Source of the DNA: Ascoidea asiatica JCM 7603
Lineage: Eukaryota; Fungi; Ascomycota
Direction: 5' to 3'
Assembly: GCA_001600695.1 (NCBI GenBank)
Contig: BCKQ01000002.1
Span: forward strand, 2,055,967 to 2,077,311
Length of the DNA: 21,345 nucleotides
Part shown: positions 1-8,967 of the stretch, piece after piece
Numbering within the stretch: the first letter of the stretch is position 1
Layout of the letters: every line of letters begins with the position of its first letter
The notes under the pieces: model-generated
The model's database searches: none
Seen by the model: the letters and a program-made list of their open reading frames with translations, nothing else
What the model was told of the DNA's origin: nothing
Position numbers and translations under genes: made by a program

Positions 1-322
1 ATTTCATTACAAGTAATAGACGAACGGCAGTTATTTGAAAAAGGATAAAAAGAAATGTATTGATTTGATCATAACCTATATAAGAAAATAGTAAAAAAAA
101 ATTAATAATTAAAAGCCCAACAAGAACCTAGGCCACACCAATTGAAAAAAAAGAAAGTATAAAGAATTAGGAATTTGAAATTTGAAATTAGAAGGAACAG
201 TAGTAAGTCATCAGATCGTAAAAAGATCATAGAATCGTGATATTGTTAAGAAACAGAAAAAAAAAGTTTTCAATTCGACCTAATTGAATAAGTCAAAAGA
301 AATTTGCAAAATGCAAGGACAA

Positions 323-1222
323 TTAAACAGTCTCTGGAACTTGAGTTTCTCCTGAATCTCTTGGTTCAAAGTCATTGACCTCTTTGGAAGCTGGTGCTGC
401 TGCAGCTGTTTCAGAAACTGGAAGAACTTCTTTTTTGTAAAGGAATGATAAACAACCTGGAACTAAGATAAATTGACATACATCTAAAACACCATAAAAG
501 ACAGTTTCGGAATCAGGTTCAATAACATTACCACCTTCTGAAAGACCCCAAGCAATTGGATATAAGATCCACAATAATCCTAAGAATGAAGAAACACAAA
601 TAACTTTTCTACTAGCTTTTTGAACAGAAACTAATCTATTGCAAGAAACAAATAAAGCTAATAATAATGCAGTTGTAGCAAATGTGAAATAACCCCATTT
701 ATAAGTAGATTCAATCAAAGAACCAATCAATAAACCAACAACAAATACTTCAACTGAAGAAACTTGAACCCATAATTGGACCAATGATTTGAAATTATAA
801 TCGGCTTTTCCGTAACCTGCAATCTCAACAGCAAATAAAATAGCAGGCCAAGCTAAGAAATAACCAACAAATTTAGAATAAAATATTTGTCTGATACCTG
901 GAGTCTCGGATGAATCACTAACTGTAGTATGATTAAATTCTGCTTGGATATCAGTCCAACCTAAATTAGAAGCCATAGTGAAATAGGTATATGACATTGT
1001 AGCTGCTGCTAATAAAGGACCAACATGAGCAATTGCTTTTGTGGAGTTGTTTTTCTTATGGTTCCAGCAATAGAAGAAAGCATGGAATAAAGTAGCACAA
1101 GCAAATACTGAAAATGCTGCCCATAACCAATCTGAACCATGTTCTGTAATATGCATGTCTAATCCAGTTGGAGGATTGAGATCTAAAGCCTCATTATCAC
1201 GAGAAACAATATCAGCAATCAT
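323..1222 (-). CDS. HSP30: Opsin-related 7-TM plasma membrane stress protein, Hsp30/Yro2/Mrh1 family (299 aa)
   Basis: Motifs LNPP..HITEHGSDWLW, YFTMASNLGW..IQAEFNH, RQIFYSK, STYKWGYF, LYPIAWGLSEGGNVIEPDSETVFYGVLD. The helix-G retinal Lys is absent (LDVCQF), as expected for this non-photoactive family. YSK favours Hsp30 over Yro2/Mrh1, but the symbol is tentative. Confidence 0.9.
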   Translation of the reverse strand: MIADIVSRDNEALDLNPPTGLDMHITEHGSDWLWAAFSVFACATLFHAFFYCWNHKKNNSTKAIAHVGPLLAAATMSYTYFTMASNLGWTDIQAEFNHTTVSDSSETPGIRQIFYSKFVGYFLAWPAILFAVEIAGYGKADYNFKSLVQLWVQVSSVEVFVVGLLIGSLIESTYKWGYFTFATTALLLALFVSCNRLVSVQKASRKVICVSSFLGLLWILYPIAWGLSEGGNVIEPDSETVFYGVLDVCQFILVPGCLSFLYKKEVLPVSETAAAAPASKEVNDFEPRDSGETQVPETV

Positions 1223-1564
1223 TATAATTTATATTTATAGTTTTGTCTTATAGTTATTTAGAAATTTGATAATTTAATAATTTAGAGCTTTGATAATTTA
1301 TTAAGTGATTAATAATTTAGTAGAATTGAGTTTGAAAGAAAGAAACCTGTTTGATAAAATAATCTTATTATCTTAATATTATATATAAATAAATATCAAT
1401 TACAATATCTTTTATTCAAAACAAAAGGAATCTACACTTCATTTATACCAATTTACTCACCCATCTTCTTTCATTTCAATCTTTATCCTTCTTCAATTGA
1501 TTACCATACTTTTTCGTTACAAATTGTACCTTGTTTAGGATTGAACTACTACAACTTTACTGTA

Positions 1565-1572
1565 TTACGTCA
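1565..1572. promoter_or_regulatory. CRE-like site TTACGTCA (ATF/CREB bZIP, Sko1/Aca-type) about 345 bp upstream of the HSP30-like ATG
   Basis: Exact TTACGTCA upstream of a stress gene. The same octamer recurs at 16184-16191. Motif match only. Confidence 0.35.
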
Positions 1573-2282
1573 AATACCTTGAAAATGTGACTGATAATGA
1601 ATATTCAATATTCAATCTTGACTTAAAGACGAATTTCTTGAGATATTTTTTGTTACATTTCTCATTTCATTAATAATCATCATTCATGGATTCTAATGGA
1701 AAAAAAAAATATTCTTGGAAAATTGGCCTAAAATATGTTTTGTATTCTGTTCCTCTTCCACTACATCCATAAACACTCTTACTAGTCCAGAATTAGAGTT
1801 AAGAATTCTTAACTTTTCCTGGAAATTCTAAGCAAATGTTCATGTTCTCCAAACTAATTTACTCAATCTGAATATTATTCTCTTAAATAATTACTCTTTT
1901 AGAGTAAATTTTTTGATAGAGGTACTTCTATCTTAATATTAATAAATGGAATGGAAAGGAACGGAAAATAAATTTATTCCAGGTTTCCTGAACAAGAGAA
2001 TTAATTTTACACCTCATGCGTGAGTATCGATCCAAGAGGCCCGAATCGATCATGTTTCAGCGGAAATCTCGGAACCCCGAAAGCATTGTTCGGGAACATA
2101 AAATCAAATGGGTGTCGGGAACTTCCCAAAGTTTGCGTTTGTGCTTTCGGGTCTTTGTATTTCTGATCTTAAAGTTTTGTGGTTCGTGGGCAAAAAAAAC
2201 TCAACCACAAAAAAAAAAGAATATTAATATTAATATTGAAAAAGATTGAATTTTGCCTGTTTCAATTGTGCTGTATAAAAAA

Positions 2283-3932
2283 TTAGCTCGCGAGTCTTTT
2301 ATGTTCCACATGTTTAATCCATAGTTGATTGAAATAAAAATCAATTACTCCTTTTATGGGCTTATCAATATATGGTAATGCAGGCACTGACAAAAATGTA
2401 AAAACTACTGGTCCAACTCTTAAAAATCTTATTCTTTTTCTTTGCACCAAACTTAATTTATCCATTCTAAAAATTCGATTGATCCATGAAAATTTAACTG
2501 GAGAACTTTTTAATGGATTAATTTTTGTATTATTGAGTTTTAATTTTCTGAAAATATCATTCGAAAAATTCTGAAACTTAAATTTACCAAACTGATTAAT
2601 TTTTTTAGCCAAAAGTTGTTTTCCCTTCGAATTTGCAAAATCACGAGATACTTTGTTTATTCTTTCAAAGTTTTTGATATTAAATATATGTTTAGAACTA
2701 AACTTCGTAGTAAAAGTAAGAAATATCAGAGGCACTATTAAACTTGCAAAACAATGAAAAATAAATCTCCCTATAACTACCAATCTAGAATCCATTGGTG
2801 GAATCTCTGAATTTTCAACTTTGTTTTCTTTAACCCTAGATAAATAATCGGCTTCTGCTCTTTTGGCCAATAACCGACGATAGTTTATATCTCCAATGAT
2901 ATAACTCCAACTTAGTAAGTTACAAAACCCAAGTATAACAGTTCTTGGATTGTTTAATAGAAAACTTTTTATATTAATTTTTTCTTTTTTATCAATATCC
3001 TTTTTCAATTGCAACTTCAACTGCAATTTATATGTAGATGTAGATGTAGATGTAGATTTAGATTTAGATTTTGATTTGTCTTTGTTTTTATCATTTTTTT
3101 GTTTTTCATCATCGATGTTAACATCTGTAGCTTTTTCATAAATTTCAGAAGCTTTCACTACTTTTCTTGTAGTACTATTCATTTTTTTAACCATTTTAGA
3201 AATTTTTTTTGGAGAACTGACTATTTTATTCAAGAAGCTTATTCTTTTAGTAGAATTATTTATTATATTTGATCCTTTAGTTACTTTGCCAAAAATATTC
3301 GCTTGCTCTTTTGAAGTTGCTTTAACGGAATTGATAATAGTTTTTTTTTCTTTTTCAACAGAGGAAACTAATTTTCCAAACTTGGATAAAGATCCTTCAG
3401 ATTCAATTATTTTCTTACCTTCTTTGGATAAGTTTGAAATAATTTTACTACTTTTACCTCCCTTTGAAATATTTGATATAATTTCGGCATCTTTTCCAAC
3501 TTTATTTATAAGATTTATCTCCTTTCCAACTTTAGATATTACTCTCCCTTCTTTACTTAAGCTGGAAATGATTTTTTCTTCTTTTGAAATCTTAGAAAGA
3601 CCATTTAGTTTAGAAATTGCATTATTTGAATATTTTTGAGCTGTATTAAAAATTCCCTATTACTTATAATCGAAAGTAAAAATAAAAATAAAAATGAAAA
3701 ATAATGATATTTTTTCTTGGTTAGTACAAAAGATTGAAACAAAATTTTATTGTAATTTCATTCAAGAAATATTTGTAAAACATAAACTTCTTACTTTGAT
3801 TCTTCTCAAATAAGCAGCATAACGAACATTCGACTCTTCTTCTTTGTTTTTCTTCTGTTCTTTGTTTTTTTCAGCTTCAATTTTGTAGTTTATCCCATTT
3901 TTTGTCCTAATCTCCTTAGCTTCTTCTCTCAT
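2283..3932 (-). CDS. Mitochondrial fission process protein MTP18/MTFP1-like, spliced: join(3932..3795, 3656..2283), about 503 aa
   Basis: Exon 1 reads MREEAKE...EESNVRYAAYLRRIK and splices in frame to GIFNTAQKY, recreating the fungal MTP18 N-terminal motif (as I recall it, RYAAYxxRIRTILxxAHRY). The frame is open from 3656 into the 316-aa ORF, which carries SWSYIIGDI, RFIFHCFAS..P and GP......VPALPY-IDKPI. The ATG has A at -3. Confidence 0.85.
3034..3078. repeat. Hexanucleotide microsatellite (GTAGAT)4 then TTAGAT-like units, encoding KSKSKSKSTSTSTST
   Basis: Read directly; lies inside the MTP18-like insertion. Confidence 0.85.
3657..3794 (-). other. Spliceosomal intron (138 nt, phase 0) in the MTP18-like gene
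   Basis: 5' site GTAAGA at 3794, perfect branch point TACTAAC at 3726-3720, T-rich tract, 3' TAG ending at 3657. It contains in-frame stops, and its removal restores a conserved peptide. Confidence 0.88.
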
Positions 3933-4952
3933 TGTGTTAACTTGAAGTTGTTTCCACTTGTTATGTTTTTAACTTCCTCTGCTTCTTTTTTATTTTCTTC
4001 TCTATTAACAAGTTGTGCTCTTGCTGGAGAAGTTCACTTCATCTTAGAATCCACCAGCATCCGCCCGCCTGTTACCCAGCTGCCACCTTAAGTGAAGAAA
4101 AGTTTTCAGTTTTGCGAATCTAAGATATTTTACAGTAACAGTATCGTCCCTGAAAAAAGATAAAGAAGATTATGGTGATTAGGATCATCATGAACAACAA
4201 CAGGAACACTTCTAACAAAGTCAAGAATATCAATTACCTTTAGTTGAGAATCATATCGTTTGTAATTAATTCCAGCCTTGAGTCAGGTCTAACCTTGAAA
4301 ATTTGTTTCATTTCATTGCATTACCGATTGTATCCGAATTATGAAACACGATATCGAAAGGTGTGCTAATAGTGTGTTTTATAATACTTGCACTGAAAAA
4401 ATAGACTGTAAATTATAATAAGAACCCTTTTTTAAATTTTTTTTATTCACTTCCTTTAATTGAAATTTTTGTCTTACTGATTTCAAATAAAAATGTATGA
4501 AATGTATTCAATTTTAGTTCATTAACCTTTTACAATTGAAGATCATTACAAGATTTAATGTTACTTTGTAATTAATATATATTACTTCTATGTATAATTG
4601 CGGTAATAAAAAATGCAAGAATTATTTTGAATAATTTGAAGCTGCTGAAACAAAAATGAAAAAAAAAAAATCATAAGATTAAATTTGACACTTTATTTTT
4701 ATCTATAAATGATAATCTAATAAAAAATGGTATAATGAATTTGAAAATAATAATACTAAAAATTATAATTGATAATAATTTGAGCAAAAGACGAAGAGAA
4801 GTTAAAATTTTATGAACGATAAGGAAAATAAGTAACAAACAGAAAAAAAAAAAAAAAAAAAGATGATAGCGATATAGAATAATATAAGAGAATTCAAGAT
4901 TAAAGAATTGATTAAATTTGATGAATTGAAGAAATGAAGAATATTTTAATGA

Positions 4953-6671
4953 TCATATGGTCTCACTGATTACACTTGTTCTTAAGAAAATTCTTGCAGC
5001 AGAAGCTTGAGTTAATAAAGTTCTTCCAATTGCTAAATTCACATCTCCTGAACAATGTTCACCAGTACTTGGACTGTAAGTAAATTGTGTTGTATCAAAT
5101 GCTTCACACATATCATCATAAATTTCTTCAGTTAAATCATTTAATTGAACAATATTAAAATAAAATGAATCTGAATCTGATCTTATCCATTTATATAGAT
5201 ATCTTGCTTCTCTTAATAATTCAGCTTTAACATCAGTATCTGTAGTATCACCATATTGTAAATATTCAGCAACACCTTCAAATAATAATTGGGAATATTT
5301 TAAATTATTATTCCAATATCTTTCATTTAAATTAGTTAAATCTCTAAAGTAGATTGCAGTTTCTTTTGAAGTTGCTGCAACAGCTAATTTTTCTGCATAA
5401 TCAGTCCAAGTTGAATTTGATGATAATTTTGATAAATATGTTGTTGCTGATAATGCAGTACCAACATGATATGATAATTTACCAGTATTAATTGTTGTAC
5501 CAGTAATACCATCCCAAATTAAATTATCAGAAGTATCTAATAAAGTTGATAATAACCAATCCATACATTTTTCACCAAATTCTAATAAAGTTTCATTTTT
5601 AGTATAATGATAAAGTCTTAAAGCAGCTAAAGCAGATTCGGATGTTGAAATTGCAGCTCTATAAGAATGTTGATATCTCCAATATACCCCACCATTATCA
5701 GAATCCCAACCTTTAATTAAGAAATCTACAATATCTTCTGCTAAATCCAAAAATTCTTCATTATTTGTTGCTTCATAAGCAACGATGAAACCAGAAGCAA
5801 TTTGAGCATTATCATCATAATATATATCAGTATCTTTATTTGTTGAAGCAGAAAAAACATTTAAATCTGAATTTTTATAATTTAAAATATTTGCATACAC
5901 AGAATTTAATTTATCAGTAAATTGACCAGGGAATAAATTTTCAGCATCTGCAATAGCTTGAAATGCTACACAAACCTCCCAAACAACAGATGTTGTTCTA
6001 TTAGAAGAACCACAATTTGAATCGGATAAAAATTGCTCTTGAGTTGTATCCCAAAATTTTTCATAAAATAAATTTACAAGGGAATAACCTTCTGTACCGG
6101 CATCCACACCGATAGATTCTAATAAAGTTGCGTCATTTGATAGAGTGGATGAAGCAGAGGCCGTGGAAGAAGTTGAACTACTAGAAGCAGTAGAAGTATT
6201 ACTACTACTTGATTTGGTTGATGAAGTGATTGATGATGAAGAAGATGTGGATGATGTTTTTAAACGGGTTTCTGCTGTGCTTGAAGATGATTCTGAGGTT
6301 GTTGTGGCTGAAGATGATGATGTTGTTGATGTTGAAGTTACTGTCGAAGATGTAGAGGAAGTTTCTGATTCAGTTGTAGCACCTGCAGTGACAATTACAG
6401 TTTGAACAGTTTTAGTAACAGGAGGTAAAGCAACGGTGACTATAACAGTATTTAAAGCAACACTTACTTGAGTTACGATTACCAAATCTCTTTTATCTAA
6501 ATCTTCTTCAGCTATATCTTTTTTAATTAAATCAGGTGAATTAATGTTGTGTTTATGATGAGAATCCGAAGATATTGGTAAAGCATTGATCAAATTGAAT
6601 TGGAATATAAAAAAGAGAGATAATATAAATAATTTTAGAGAATTATTAAAACTTAAAGCTGAAAGTATCAT
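4953..6671 (-). CDS. Secreted glycoside hydrolase family 76 protein (endo-alpha-1,6-mannanase-like) with propeptide and Ser/Thr stalk (572 aa)
   Basis: Signal peptide, Kex2-type LDKR, Ser/Thr-rich linker, then a GH76 domain with catalytic YYDDNA (DD at 5811-5816), GWD...GGVYW, LIWDGI and LSYHVGT. No hydrophobic C-terminal GPI signal, so not a canonical DFG5/DCW1. Confidence 0.85.
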   Translation of the reverse strand: MILSALSFNNSLKLFILSLFFIFQFNLINALPISSDSHHKHNINSPDLIKKDIAEEDLDKRDLVIVTQVSVALNTVIVTVALPPVTKTVQTVIVTAGATTESETSSTSSTVTSTSTTSSSSATTTSESSSSTAETRLKTSSTSSSSSITSSTKSSSSNTSTASSSSTSSTASASSTLSNDATLLESIGVDAGTEGYSLVNLFYEKFWDTTQEQFLSDSNCGSSNRTTSVVWEVCVAFQAIADAENLFPGQFTDKLNSVYANILNYKNSDLNVFSASTNKDTDIYYDDNAQIASGFIVAYEATNNEEFLDLAEDIVDFLIKGWDSDNGGVYWRYQHSYRAAISTSESALAALRLYHYTKNETLLEFGEKCMDWLLSTLLDTSDNLIWDGITGTTINTGKLSYHVGTALSATTYLSKLSSNSTWTDYAEKLAVAATSKETAIYFRDLTNLNERYWNNNLKYSQLLFEGVAEYLQYGDTTDTDVKAELLREARYLYKWIRSDSDSFYFNIVQLNDLTEEIYDDMCEAFDTTQFTYSPSTGEHCSGDVNLAIGRTLLTQASAARIFLRTSVISETI

Positions 6672-7603
6672 TTTTTTGATTTAATTTAGTTTAATTTAAT
6701 TTGAAAATTATAAATGAATAATATTCAGTATATGTAAGTAAATATACTGTGAGTAAAAATTAGTGATTGAATATAATGACAAAGGTATTAAAACGAGAGA
6801 ATACTTTGTAATAAAAGAAAATGAAGTTTAAAGGAGTGAATTATGAAAATACTAAATATTAAATATCTATTAAATATCAATAAATAATGAAACTTTGTAT
6901 TTGATTATTGAAAATATAAGGATAGGATTAAACTTGGAAAGAAGAAAAAAAAATTTCTAAAAAGGGACCTTCATTGAAATAAATTAAATTAAAGTGGGCA
7001 TTTAAATGAATTTATATTAAAAAGAACAAGAAAAAAGGATTGATCAGTGGTCAGAGAATAGTTTTCAATCTTTTGATTTAGATTGAAAAGTTAGATCTAG
7101 AAACACAGCCATGATTGGAGTTGCGAGAAAATGAAATAGCTCTGATAGAAAAGTAATTGAAAAGAGTCTTGATAGTTGTTTAATGTTACAAGCAATAATT
7201 TCTTTATTTGGAATCTATTAATATTTTCTGCTTCAAATAAATAAAAAGAAGCCCAAGAAGCAAAGTACGCTGCACTAATTTTCAATCTTTTTTTTTTCAG
7301 TCTGATTGATATACGTTTGTATCAGAATGAAATGAAAAGTTTGAAGTGAGCACATCTAGAACTCAGGTCGGCGTAAAGCCGAGTGCTGCGGCAGCCGGCT
7401 GTCTTCAGTAGAGTGTACTCGGGCCGATATGGTCCGCTGAAAATCGAGGTTGTTTCTGCACGTTTATGTGTAAATATGTCTCATTCAAATAAGAATGGTG
7501 GCGCCAGAAATGCGGAACCTCTTCTTTTGCGGTGGAATTGCAGCGCTGAGACGTTTCTTTCTTTCTTTTGTAGGAGTGGCAGCAGACTTCGCGTTTTCTT
7601 GTG

Positions 7604-7632
7604 TTCCAGGAGTATTCCAGGAGTATTCCAGG
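7604..7632. repeat. 11-bp tandem repeat (TTCCAGGAGTA) x2.6
   Basis: TTCCAGGAGTA-TTCCAGGAGTA-TTCCAGG read directly. Confidence 0.9.
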
Positions 7633-7922
7633 TGTGTTGCATGAGCTTCTTGCAAACCGAGAATAAATCTGAGCTATCACTTTGAACAGGGCGAGAAGAT
7701 GAAAAAAGAAAAGAGTATAAAGGCGACGGAAGAAAAGGAAATGAATTAAAGCAAAGAAAAGAAAGAAAAAAAGTTATTTGAATTGAATTAAAGCAACCTT
7801 CCGGGCTGCTTATTTCCCTTCTAGGTCCTTTTCTCTTTTTTTTTACTTTATACAATTTTCTTCAATATCAGGAACCAGTTTATTATATCTTTTCCAAGAA
7901 AGGAATTGTAATGCTGTAAAGC

Positions 7923-7947
7923 TAGCCAAGAAGTTATTTCTTGGCTA
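7923..7947. promoter_or_regulatory. Perfect inverted repeat TAGCCAAGAA-N5-TTCTTGGCTA; each arm holds a Rim101/PacC-type GCCAAGAA site
   Basis: 10-bp perfect arms are seen directly. GCCARG/CCAAGAA is the established PacC/Rim101 consensus. Function is inferred. Confidence 0.5.
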
Positions 7948-8967
7948 CTTTTTCAAAACAAAATAGTTTTCACATTTCTAGATCAATTCAATTTCATTTT
8001 TAAAAATTTATATTGGAATTTGAAAGATTTATATCATTTTGACTTAATGAATCTCTCATCAGTGATTTTCAGGGTCACTTTGATTCTTTATAATTTTCGT
8101 TGATGGCTTACAAGAAAATTTTTTCAATACTGTATAATTTCGTAATTCCTGATAATCTAGTTTATTTTTGTGTTTTATTTAGATCCTCGATATTAATATC
8201 CTTTAGCATAATCAAAGTTTTATAAAATTTATAACTTTATTTCATTCTATGATTTTTGTTTTTATTTTTTTTACTGAAAAATCTTGAAAGTGTTTTATGC
8301 TGTGGTGGTGCTTGAAATAATTTTACTGAAAGAAATATTACAAATTTCGGTGTTAATCTACTCCTGTTAATTTTCTTTATGACTTCTTCTACAACAAATT
8401 GCTTTACTTTTTTCAGAAAACTAAGCCGAATCTTGGCTAATTAATTGGAGGTCAATTTTTCTTTTCACTTAATATTCCTAATTCGATCTTCCAATTTTTG
8501 ACTCTAAAAATAGAGGGAATTTTTCAATATTCAAAATTCAAAATTAGAAAACTTTAACATTCGAAATTTAAAGTTTAAATCTAAGATTTACAAGTTTTTA
8601 ACTTTCAAGTCCAAACAAAGTAAAAAAGAAAAATTAAAATTTCAAAAATAAACATTTTGACGCCATAAGTTCGGGTCTTCTTATGCGGATATTTAACTTC
8701 TTGTCAGGTGCCGCGATCCGGATATGAAAAGGATAAATTCATCGGATATTCTTCAAAATTTATTATTATTTGCAATAATTATTGAAAAGAATTATTTTTA
8801 AATGATTATTTCAAAAAAATACTGGAAATTTAAAGAATTAAAGAATTAAAAAATTGAAAGTAAAAAGGTAAGCATTTATAAGATTTTATATTCTTATATC
8901 TTCAAATACTCTGTGCTTTTTTTTTCCATACCTTTAACTTTCAAATTAAATTCAATTCACCATCACA

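Noticed and set aside
323-1222. Light-driven rhodopsin
   Set aside because: No Schiff-base Lys in helix G (LDVCQF); this is the ordinary Hsp30/Yro2 condition.
2016-2249. 77-aa plus-strand ORF
   Set aside because: Overlaps a GC-rich promoter island, atypical codon use, no recognisable motif.
2356-3639. Plus-strand ORFs 2356-2574, 2950-3141 and 3286-3639
   Set aside because: Antisense shadows of the MTP18-like exon 2.
6145-6405. Acidic Val/Asp/Glu-rich 86-aa ORF
   Set aside because: Antisense mirror of the Ser/Thr stalk of the GH76 gene.
7385-7560. Hammerhead core (CTGAAGA on minus strand) or TPP riboswitch (CTGAGA)
   Set aside because: No GAAA after the putative stem II, and the TPP ATAC/TGAT/GCG.A elements are missing.
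7604-7632. Telomerase RNA template or CRISPR repeat
   Set aside because: The unit lacks telomere-like G-strand bias, has no spacers, and the host is eukaryotic.
7097-7855. Four short ORFs in the GH76-BRR2 intergenic region
   Set aside because: Non-ATG starts, mutually overlapping, and largely explained by local composition (GC island, purine tracts).
8472-8480. ATATTCCTA matching the snR30/U17 m1 motif
   Set aside because: No downstream AAACCAT m2 motif with an ACA box; chance match in AT-rich DNA.
8867-8967. Possible 5' UTR intron before BRR2 (GGTAAG)
   Set aside because: No TACTAAC-like branch point or suitable acceptor before the ATG.
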